Source: an uncultured virus (IMG/VR IMGVR_UViG_3300028800_002448) (taxonomy: Duplodnaviria; Heunggongvirae; Uroviricota; Caudoviricetes). From it: a stretch of 56,710 nt of DNA. The position numbers and the translations under genes are program-made. Positions 48,253-56,047 of this stretch are shown here, piece after piece. The stretch's first letter is position 1; every line of letters begins with the position of its first letter. The stretch lies in the IMG/VR virus record IMGVR_UViG_3300028800_002448. The stretch is one strand, 5' to 3'. Below the pieces are notes generated by a model. That model ran no database searches and had not been told where the DNA came from. It saw nothing but the letters and a program-made list of their open reading frames with translations.

Positions 48253-48723
48253 TCAAGTCTCGTCGTCGGACAGGTCGCGTCGTTCCAGTTCGATCGAAAC
48301 GTCTTCCGAGACGTCATCCGAAACGTTTTCGGCCGCCATCTGCTGCCGGCGTCGGCTCATCTCGGCCCAGTCGTAGTTCTGAGCACTGCCATCGTCCCAC
48401 TCGTGACCCTTCGTCTTGGTGGTCGGCAAGACCACGAGACCGATGGAGGTGTGCTTGTGGAACACGAGGTAGAACTGCTCGTCCGTGTCGCTGCTGAAGA
48501 CGTCGAAGCGACCGTCGTCGGACGGAATGACGGGCAGGCGCGACCACGGTAAGACATAGCCTTGGATCTCCGACGACCAGTCAGCATCGAACGACAAGTC
48601 TCGAAGCGCTACGGCTCCGGCATCGCGTCTGAAACGCACCAGGACGGGAGGTCGTACCTCTTCGGAGATCTCCTTGACGTCCGTGACGACGAGGTCTGCC
48701 CTCTTGGCGATCTCATCGGCCAT
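48253..48723 (-). CDS. Hypothetical protein with N-terminal tag
   Basis: ADLVVTDVKEIS; acidic tail. Confidence 0.65.
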   Translation of the reverse strand: MADEIAKRADLVVTDVKEISEEVRPPVLVRFRRDAGAVALRDLSFDADWSSEIQGYVLPWSRLPVIPSDDGRFDVFSSDTDEQFYLVFHKHTSIGLVVLPTTKTKGHEWDDGSAQNYDWAEMSRRRQQMAAENVSDDVSEDVSIELERRDLSDDET

Positions 48724-48854
48724 GGGACACGCTCAGGAGGTTCCTCGCCTGATCGCAGTAGGTGTTCAAAAGGCCCGCGAGGATCAACAAGACCCCGATG
48801 ACGATCGCGCCACGCCTGAGCGCCTTCATCTCTCGCGTGGTCATGTTGGTCGTG

Positions 48855-48939
48855 TCCTGCCGGAGGGAGTCGAACCCTCACACCCACCAGGGGCTGCCGA
48901 TTTTAAGTCAGCCGCGTCTACCAATTCCACCACGGCAGG
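48855..48939 (-). tRNA. tRNA-Leu(TAA)
   Basis: CCTGCCG/CGGCAGG-A, GCTGA-CT-TAA-AA-TCGGC, long variable arm, TTCGACT. Confidence 0.92.
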
Positions 48940-48943
48940 GTTG

Positions 48944-49030
48944 TGGGAACGGGGGGAGTCGAACCCCCATGGGCACTAAGGCCCCACAAGGTTTGAGCTT
49001 GTGTCGTCTACCAAATTCCGTCACGTTCCC
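48944..49030 (-). tRNA. tRNA-Leu(CAA)
   Basis: GGGAACG/CGTTCCC-A, ACAAG-CT-CAA-AC-CTTGT, long variable arm. Confidence 0.92.
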
Positions 49031-49061
49031 GGAGGCCGAAGAGGATAGCACAAGTCTCCGG

Positions 49062-49256
49062 TCAGCTGACAGACGCACGTATCTTGGCGCGGCGAGCCGC
49101 CAACACGGTGACCATGCGGATCCAGCTTCCGACTTCTAGAGATGCTATCTGAGCCTCTCTCCTGATCTCGGACACCTCAAGATCTGAATAACGGACGGTG
49201 TATGCATTCGTCCGACTAGCCTTCGTGCGCCTCGCTTTCTTAGAGCGCTTTTTCAT
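49062..49256 (-). CDS. Ribbon-helix-helix (MobC/CopG-like) protein
   Basis: YTVRYSDLEVSEIRREA...LEVGSWIR. Confidence 0.6.
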   Translation of the reverse strand: MKKRSKKARRTKASRTNAYTVRYSDLEVSEIRREAQIASLEVGSWIRMVTVLAARRAKIRASVS

Positions 49257-49681
49257 GGCTCCAGCCTCTTCTGGATCTCCATGCGCACGCGCTGTAGCTC
49301 GTCGTCGGGACGGTAGGGCGTCTCCCAGCAGACGATCTCAATCCAGCGGCTGCGGTCCTCGGGACGGATCCAATACTCGTCGTCGTCGACGATCAGGCAC
49401 TCGTCCGGCGCGGCGTACTCGATGTGCTCCAGGCTCTTGTAGCGGCCCTGCCAGGTGACGATCGGCATCGTGCCCGTCTGCACGGGAGCATCACCGATAT
49501 CGACGAGCGTATGGAGCACGTCACGCGCCTCGTCGGTCTCGACGGCCGTGAAAAGCTCGACGCGTGGGAACGTCGTGAAGGCCCACCCTAGGAAGTCGAA
49601 GAGGCCCTTGCGAGGCATCTGGCTCATGGCGTTGCTGACGAGCGTGCCTTCGAGATCGATGGCCAGGACCTTGGGCTTCAT
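49253..49681 (-). CDS. HAD-superfamily (NIF-like) hydrolase
   Basis: VLAIDLEGTL, LFTA, KSL, LIVDDD. Confidence 0.82.
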   Translation of the reverse strand: MKPKVLAIDLEGTLVSNAMSQMPRKGLFDFLGWAFTTFPRVELFTAVETDEARDVLHTLVDIGDAPVQTGTMPIVTWQGRYKSLEHIEYAAPDECLIVDDDEYWIRPEDRSRWIEIVCWETPYRPDDELQRVRMEIQKRLEP

Positions 49682-50133
49682 TCATTTCTCCAGATGTTTC
49701 TCCAGACGGATACGTCAAAGGCGACATCAACCAGAGTGCCGCCACCGAGAGAGTAGGTGTCAACCCAGTAGGAGATGCATTCTACAGTTGCTCGAAGGTC
49801 CTCGGAAACGTTCAGCGATGGGACGATCTTGATGGGGTTGGTGACCAAAGCCAACGAGTCGGCATTGCCACTCACTTCGACATGCGTATCGAAATAGTTG
49901 TCAAACCACCACTTGGAGACGTCATAGAACAAGAGACGAACGGAGCCTCTTCTTTCACGCCTGACCCACAGCTTGGAGCCGTTCGAATACAATATTGAAT
50001 GCGGAGTTCCGAAGGGGATGTGAGCGCTGATCATCAGATGCCGATCTGGATTCTTGACGTGTTCGTCCTCAATGATCGCACCGTCTTCGACGTCCGACGC
50101 GACGATTGATGCTTCCTCTTTCATGCTGTTCAC
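49678..50133 (-). CDS. Hypothetical protein with N-terminal DVEDG tag
   Basis: SIVASDVEDGAII; body visibly lower GC. Confidence 0.7.
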   Translation of the reverse strand: MNSMKEEASIVASDVEDGAIIEDEHVKNPDRHLMISAHIPFGTPHSILYSNGSKLWVRRERRGSVRLLFYDVSKWWFDNYFDTHVEVSGNADSLALVTNPIKIVPSLNVSEDLRATVECISYWVDTYSLGGGTLVDVAFDVSVWRNIWRNE

Positions 50134-50696
50134 ATCTTGCCCGAGATGTGAACGACCGCGTCGGCGTCGATGGGCTGGCCTTTGTCCATCGTCACGAAGG
50201 TGAAGGTCTTCACGTACACGATCCGACCGACTCGCTCGTCCGTCGTCGTCTCATGGATGTATGGGCAGGAGAGGGAAGCGTGAACGCCGGAGAGATCTTC
50301 GCCTATGGCCCAAACCTTGATGGTGCCCGTCGTGCCGCGCTCGACTTCGATCTGCACGCCGTTGCCGTGATGCCAGACCTTGCGCTGGAAGTTGACAGGT
50401 ATGTGAAGCTTGACGACGGAAGGCATGACGTCGGTCTTCTGGTAGAGTCTCTTGTACTTGGAGTGGTCGGCAAGCTCCGTCTCGTAGACGTAGCCAGCTT
50501 TCGGCACCCAAGACGTCTCGTTGAGCATCAGGAAGAACGACATCTCCCACGCCCTGCGTCCCTCGTCGTCCACCTCCCAGTCATCGGCCCGCAAGATCTT
50601 CCTGGTCTCCAGCTCCTCGAAGATGTCGCCCTGCGAGACGTGCCAGATGTCGATGACGACCCCGTCCTCGACGTCGCTCGCGACGAGATCGCTCAT
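50130..50696 (-). CDS. Hypothetical protein with N-terminal DVEDG tag
   Basis: MSDLVASDVEDGVVI. Confidence 0.72.
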   Translation of the reverse strand: MSDLVASDVEDGVVIDIWHVSQGDIFEELETRKILRADDWEVDDEGRRAWEMSFFLMLNETSWVPKAGYVYETELADHSKYKRLYQKTDVMPSVVKLHIPVNFQRKVWHHGNGVQIEVERGTTGTIKVWAIGEDLSGVHASLSCPYIHETTTDERVGRIVYVKTFTFVTMDKGQPIDADAVVHISGKM

Positions 50697-50940
50697 TTTG
50701 CCCTGTAGAGGAAAGTGAACAGACGAGGATTGAGCAGACTTGAGTCAGGGACTGTTCCGTCGGGCACGGGACCGTCCGGGCCGAGCCATATGAGGTACCT
50801 CCAGCCGGAGCTGTCCGATATGCTCGTGGCCTCGACATTGTTGCCGTTCGCCTGGTCGAAGAAGACGTCTCCCTCCTCCATGGTGTTCTTCGGAGGTCGG
50901 ATGTCTGCGATCTCCTCGGCCTGCTGACGAGTGAGAGAAC

Positions 50941-51411
50941 TCATTCCTGAGGCCGTATGGGGCCCGTGAACCAAATAGACGCGGTCCTTGGAACCTTGAG
51001 GACGTCCTCGATGGAACGACGGGTCGAGTCGTAGACGTTGACGACGACGTCATTGAAGGAGCCGACGAGGAAGTGGAAGAACGGCTTGCCATGCATCGAA
51101 TGGATTTCCCTCAGGCTGGGGAAGTGAAGCGTCGGGTGTCGCTCTTCAAGGCGGGAGGCGTATCGGGCGGTGATGCCCATGTTCTCCCTGTCGAGATCCT
51201 CACCCAACAGGTGTACCTCCGTCACGCCGGGCGTGGTCGTCCTCCACATCTGCATCGAGATCCTCCGGCGATCCGAGTTGAACTCGGCGAAAGGCTTCAT
51301 GAGCATGAAGCGTCCGGACAGCAGGAGGCCGTCTTCGATCTGCGGGAACTCAGGGATGAAGACCTCCTCCGAGTCGGCGACGACCAGGCTTTGTTCGGAA
51401 GCGGCCTTCAT
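50941..51411 (-). CDS. Hypothetical protein with N-terminal tag variant
   Basis: QSLVVADSEEVF. Confidence 0.65.
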   Translation of the reverse strand: MKAASEQSLVVADSEEVFIPEFPQIEDGLLLSGRFMLMKPFAEFNSDRRRISMQMWRTTTPGVTEVHLLGEDLDRENMGITARYASRLEERHPTLHFPSLREIHSMHGKPFFHFLVGSFNDVVVNVYDSTRRSIEDVLKVPRTASIWFTGPIRPQE

Positions 51412-51827
51412 CCGGGCACGTAGATGTTGAGCGTCATGGCGACGTGTTCGTAGTGTGGAGTGCCACCATGACGCCTGAAGACTCCGACCTTCTGCACACG
51501 ATGATGATCGTCGACATAGGTCGGACGCTGGACCTCGTCAATACCCCAAAAACCCTGATCCCAATCGCCAACCTCAGGCTGATAGGACACCTTGATCTGA
51601 TCGAGCCTGAGACCGTAACTCCGCGTCTCGACGATGCCCCCGGCGACCCTGTGAAACTCCAAAGTGAAGTCGAGGGCTTCATGAGGATTGATGACGACGT
51701 GCTCCTTCTCGACGCCCAGGAAGAATGAGTGGGCAAGCACCCATCCTTTGGGAAGGCGGATCTCCAGAACCTCCTCGACATCGTGCTCGACGAGAGCGTT
51801 CACCGCGACCTCGGAACTTTCGTCCAC
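51408..51827 (-). CDS. Hypothetical protein with N-terminal tag
   Basis: NALVEHDVEEVLEI. Confidence 0.65.
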   Translation of the reverse strand: MDESSEVAVNALVEHDVEEVLEIRLPKGWVLAHSFFLGVEKEHVVINPHEALDFTLEFHRVAGGIVETRSYGLRLDQIKVSYQPEVGDWDQGFWGIDEVQRPTYVDDHHRVQKVGVFRRHGGTPHYEHVAMTLNIYVPG

Positions 51828-52447
51828 GGAGGGTTCGGCGGACGGATGCCCTCAGCAGCCAACGCCTCTCCGACCGTCTGCAAGTCCTTCCACACGTAGC
51901 GTTTGCCTGAAGGCTGCCGGAGCAGGAAGGAAGGGTGGAACGTGGGCATGACGCGGAAGGCGTGTCTGAAGATCTCGATGACCTCCCTATCGTGCCACTT
52001 GCCGCGCATGCGTGTGATCCCGGGTGACTCGTCATCCAAATCCAAGATCGTCCTCATCGCGAGGTTCCCCAACGCGACGACGACGACAGGCCTCACGGCG
52101 ACGAACTGCTTGCGGAGGAACGGGTAGCACTCCGCAACCTCCTGTGAGGTGCCAGGACGGTTCTCGCCATCCTCGTTCGTCGGGCGACATTTGACGATGT
52201 TCGCAACGTAGACGGTCTCTCGCGTCCACCCCATCGCCTCTATCATCTTCGTGAGGAGAGCACCGGCCACACCGACGAAAGGCAGACCCTGCTCATCTTC
52301 GTCCGCGCCCGGTCCTTCACCGACGAACATGAGCGCAGCATCAGGGTCGCCAGAGCCGAAGACGATGTTCTTGCGCGTCTCACAGAGGCCGCAGCGACGG
52401 CAGTCCCCCAGGTCCTCGCGGACGAGCTTGAGTCTCTTGATGCTCAC
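51800..52447 (-). CDS. Uracil-DNA glycosylase, family 4 (Fe-S)
   Basis: CRRCGLC, GEGPG..ED..G.PFVG, NIVKCRP, TFHPS. Confidence 0.95.
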   Translation of the reverse strand: MSIKRLKLVREDLGDCRRCGLCETRKNIVFGSGDPDAALMFVGEGPGADEDEQGLPFVGVAGALLTKMIEAMGWTRETVYVANIVKCRPTNEDGENRPGTSQEVAECYPFLRKQFVAVRPVVVVALGNLAMRTILDLDDESPGITRMRGKWHDREVIEIFRHAFRVMPTFHPSFLLRQPSGKRYVWKDLQTVGEALAAEGIRPPNPPWTKVPRSR

Positions 52448-52454
52448 GTCACCC

Positions 52455-52787
52455 TCACGTCGGCGGAATGTACTCGACTTCGACGACCTCGACGGGATCG
52501 AACGGAAACGTCATCCGGACGCGAACGTCTCCGAACATCACCTCGTCGCCTGACTTCACGACGGCGTTGGTCACCTTCAGACCCTCGTAGCGAGTGCCGC
52601 CGGCAGAGCCAAGGTCGATCACCTTGACCACGTCACCATCTTGTTCGACGACTGCATGCAGGCGAGAGACGCTCGGATGATCGATGTGAAGCTGACAGCT
52701 CGGCAGCCTGCCGACCTTCATGGCCTCGTTGGAGAAGACACCTGCTTCGACGAACTGATCCATGAAGATCTCGAACTTGATGATCAT
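52455..52787 (-). CDS. FHA-domain protein
   Basis: VGR...C.L....SVSRLHA...DLGSAGGT...GDEVMFG. Confidence 0.9.
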   Translation of the reverse strand: MIIKFEIFMDQFVEAGVFSNEAMKVGRLPSCQLHIDHPSVSRLHAVVEQDGDVVKVIDLGSAGGTRYEGLKVTNAVVKSGDEVMFGDVRVRMTFPFDPVEVVEVEYIPPT

Positions 52788-54071
52788 CGCCGCCTGACCT
52801 TCGGCGCCAAGCCCGGCGGCGCGGGCTTCCTGTTCCCGCAGTTGCTGCACCGAAGCTCGCCGCGCATGTGGCAGAGGTAGAGCTTCCACAGGCTCTCGAC
52901 GGCCACGAACAGCCCGAGGATGGTCAACGTGACGATGAGGACGACGACGAGGATGGGCAGCTCGACGTCCATGTGCCTGACGACGGGCTCCATCAAGCGA
53001 CTTTGATCCGGACCAGTGTCGCGCTATCCAACACTTTGATCACCTTGACCCAGGGAAGGATCCTCATCTCCTGCTCTTCGCCAGACTCGTCCTTGACGAT
53101 GATGTGCGCGCCCATCTTGCAAGCGTCGTCCTTGTTGGTGACGAGGTAGACGTGGGTGTTCTCCCGCTCCTCCTGGTTGCATGCGTCGCCCGTCAAACGG
53201 AAGGACATCCCGATCTCCAGCTCTTCCGGCTTCATGAGGTCAGCCATCAGAAGAAGCTCCCGAAGAGGCTGCCGAGAGGGTTGAGCGGGTCGCGCTGCTT
53301 GAAGGTGTCTTCGAGCACCATGATGCCGACGGTGAGACAGATGTTGTCGGCCGGCTCCAAGCCGCCCTGCTTCACGTTCTTCTCCGAGAGGAGGTCGACA
53401 GACAAGGCGATCCTGTGCTTGCGTATCTTCATCAAGACCTTGTTGTATGCATGCGCGGCCTCGTTCCAGACGCGCCACGCGTCCTTGTCGCTCATCCCCG
53501 GGTCTGCGCCAGGGTCTGGTGGCATCGGACCGGGATCAGGATGCTTTTCAGCGAAGGTCATCACGCACGCTCCAGTTGGGCGGGGTTGTAGCCGTAGCGG
53601 AGACGAGAGGGGTACCAGAGGACGTCGACCTCGGGCGCCCCAGGATCGTCGAGGAACACGCGTCCGATCACGCGACCGTAAGTGTGTCGACCTCCGAACT
53701 CCATGACGTGTCGAGGACTGGCGGCGGCCCAGGGGGACTGCTTGGCAGCCTTCGTGAGCCGGACGCGGACGTGGGGCGTGCGCGAGAACGGCATGATGTC
53801 GTCACGCACCTCGAACGGAGGCGTCAGGAGTGGCTCGGAGAGAGGAGTCTTGCGGGCATGCAGCTTCAAGCGTGTTCTCCTTTGGCCAAGATCTTGTCGA
53901 TGTGGGTGATGCCGTAGCGCGAGCGCTGCTTGATCCACTCAGGTTCGTGAGGGTCTTCTTCCGACAAGATCTCACGGGCACGCAGGAGCGCTTCTTTCGA
54001 GGACTCTTTACAGGAAACTTCGAACTCCTCGATACCCCAACCAAGAACGGCAACGAGACCCGCACCTGTGC

Positions 54072-54818
54072 TCATCGATTGAATTGATACTCAAGGACCG
54101 ACCGAGCCATGTCGAGCGAACGCATCGCCTTGCCGCCGACAACGTACTCGATGTCCATGCCAACACGAAGCACTTGAGGATGCTGGAAGTCTGCGTTCCA
54201 AGGCTGCGCCGGCATGATGACGTAGCCCCGCGGTCTCCGAGACAGCCACGCAGCGATGTACGACGGATAGTCGTCAGCAAGCACGCGACCGTAGAAGCGT
54301 TGCTTCTTCTCGACGAGGTTCACCGTGAACTTGGGCGAAATCGGGAGGTTCTTGTGGGACCACTCGACTTTCTCCGACCACGCCGGGAAGTTCGTCCTAG
54401 GAGCCTTCGTGAGGACGTCGATGTGAAAGCCGATCTCGATCGCCATTTCGAGGAGGGCGAAACCGACCGGGAGACGCGCGAGATCTCGCCAGAAGCCAGG
54501 TTGTCTCTTGATGAGACGTCGTCGCTCCTTGATGTGGTCGGGCTCGGTCTCTTGCTCGCGCGGGTAGTAGGTGTTGTTCGCGATCTCCTCGGGCGTCGCG
54601 ATCTTCCTCATGCCCGCCTCCATCGAGCCGTCGAAGTCAGCCATCGTCCCGTCGAGATCGAAGAGCATGACTTTTTCTTCTTCTTCGATCGACCCCCTCA
54701 GGTTCGGAATCGCTTCAGGCGCGAAGACCCATCCGGCGGGAGTACGCGTTCCGTCGCTCCATTCGGCGGCCTCTTTGGCCAGAGTACCGTGCGGTGTCCT
54801 GACGACGGGTATGCTCAT
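54072..54818 (-). CDS. 5'(3')-deoxyribonucleotidase (HAD, NT5C-like)
   Basis: FDLDGTMADF, GFWRDL, EKVEW, LADD, PWN. Confidence 0.85.
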   Translation of the reverse strand: MSIPVVRTPHGTLAKEAAEWSDGTRTPAGWVFAPEAIPNLRGSIEEEEKVMLFDLDGTMADFDGSMEAGMRKIATPEEIANNTYYPREQETEPDHIKERRRLIKRQPGFWRDLARLPVGFALLEMAIEIGFHIDVLTKAPRTNFPAWSEKVEWSHKNLPISPKFTVNLVEKKQRFYGRVLADDYPSYIAAWLSRRPRGYVIMPAQPWNADFQHPQVLRVGMDIEYVVGGKAMRSLDMARSVLEYQFNR

Positions 54819-54893
54819 GGGCTGCATCTTAGACAAGATTGAAAAGACGAACAAGCTTGAAATCTTAAAACGAGGCGCTCATCATCGCCGCCG
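54819..54893. promoter_or_regulatory. Divergent promoter pair with dyad variant
   Basis: Minus: TTGTTC-17-TAAGAT, 7 nt to ATG 54818; plus: TTGAAA-17-CATCAT, 8 nt to ATG 54894; ATCTT-AGAC-AAGAT at 54826-54839. Confidence 0.7.
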
Positions 54894-55118
54894 ATGAAGC
54901 TGACACACTCTCAGCTCGACGAGCTGATGCGTCTCACGCACAGCCATCAGATCGCCAGCACACCACGAGCACGCGTGCAGAACAAGCTCGGCAAGATGGC
55001 TCTCGCCAAGCTCGTCGAGAGCCAGCATGGACCGCTACCGGACTACTGGGAGATCACGGAGCTTGGACGAGCGACGCTTGTGCCGTACCAGGAGTCTGAA
55101 GTCTACGAGGGAGAATGA
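54894..55118 (+). CDS. Small winged-helix-like protein
   Basis: MKLTHSQLDEL...WEITELGR. Confidence 0.65.
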   Translation: MKLTHSQLDELMRLTHSHQIASTPRARVQNKLGKMALAKLVESQHGPLPDYWEITELGRATLVPYQESEVYEGE

Positions 55119-55409
55119 AATGAAGCTGAACACGACCGGCATGATGGGCATGCACGAGATGGAGATGGCGGTCCTCTTCTTGTTCGAGAAGGCTCAAAAG
55201 CAATCGATGAGCTTCAGCGAAGTGCGCTTCTACAGCAAGTCGGACTACCCCTTGCTCAACGAGAGCCAGGCCACGGGCATGTGGAACCTCGCAACCCACG
55301 GCTGGCTCTGGCCTGACACGTCGAACGGCTCGTCACACTGCTACTTCAAGCCCAGCACGGCGCTGATCGCACGAGTCAGTGAACATACGATGGGTGCGAA
55401 ACAGGGCTG

Positions 55410-55757
55410 ATGAAGCCACGTCGGCAGTGCTCGAAGTGTCCCTGGAAGAAGGGTGTCGACCCGAACGACATCCCGAACGGCTACTGCTCCGTCAGGCACG
55501 AGAACCTGGACAAGACGATCGCAGAGCCGGGAGTGTTGCCCGTTCGCGGAACGCCTCTGCGGCTCATGGCCTGCCACGAGACGATGCCTGGCAAGGAGCT
55601 GGCCTGCGTCGGCTGGTTGGAGCATCAGCTCGGGCCCGGGAACAACCTCGGACTCAGGATGGCCGTCATCACGGGGAAGATCGACGGCAACATCAAGACG
55701 GTCGGCCCCCAGCACGAGCGGTTCGAAGACACGCTGCCCAAGGAAGCCAGGCGATGA
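55410..55757 (+). CDS. Cys/His-rich protein, DUF6283-like
   Basis: CSKCPW...MACH...CVGWL. Confidence 0.6.
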   Translation: MKPRRQCSKCPWKKGVDPNDIPNGYCSVRHENLDKTIAEPGVLPVRGTPLRLMACHETMPGKELACVGWLEHQLGPGNNLGLRMAVITGKIDGNIKTVGPQHERFEDTLPKEARR

Positions 55758-56044
55758 GCAACAACTACATGATCCATCGCAACTCCGGTAACGCAGTGTT
55801 CGTCAAGGAAACGGGCTTCTTCATCAGCCAGGGCGGCCTCGGGGCAGAATGGGGACGTCAATGGCGACCGATCGTCGCCGACTCGATCGAGGACGCACGC
55901 TCGAAGGGCGAGAGGCTCCTTCCAAAGTATCGACAAGTTGTCCGGATGTCGAACGGCATCCCTCACGTCGCCTGGGAGCTTCCCGGCGACGACGAGAGCG
56001 CCATCTTCTTCGAGAGCGTCGACCAACGTCAGATCGAAGGATAG
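55754..56044 (+). CDS. Hypothetical protein with C-terminal ESVDQ tag
   Basis: ATG 55754 coupled; ends AIFFESVDQRQIEG. Confidence 0.7.
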   Translation: MSNNYMIHRNSGNAVFVKETGFFISQGGLGAEWGRQWRPIVADSIEDARSKGERLLPKYRQVVRMSNGIPHVAWELPGDDESAIFFESVDQRQIEG

Positions 56045-56047
56045 GTC

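Noticed and set aside
52993..53247. MADLMKPEELEIG as another N-terminal tag
   Set aside because: Matches the generic EL..G start of SH3-like barrels and lacks the [DE]V core
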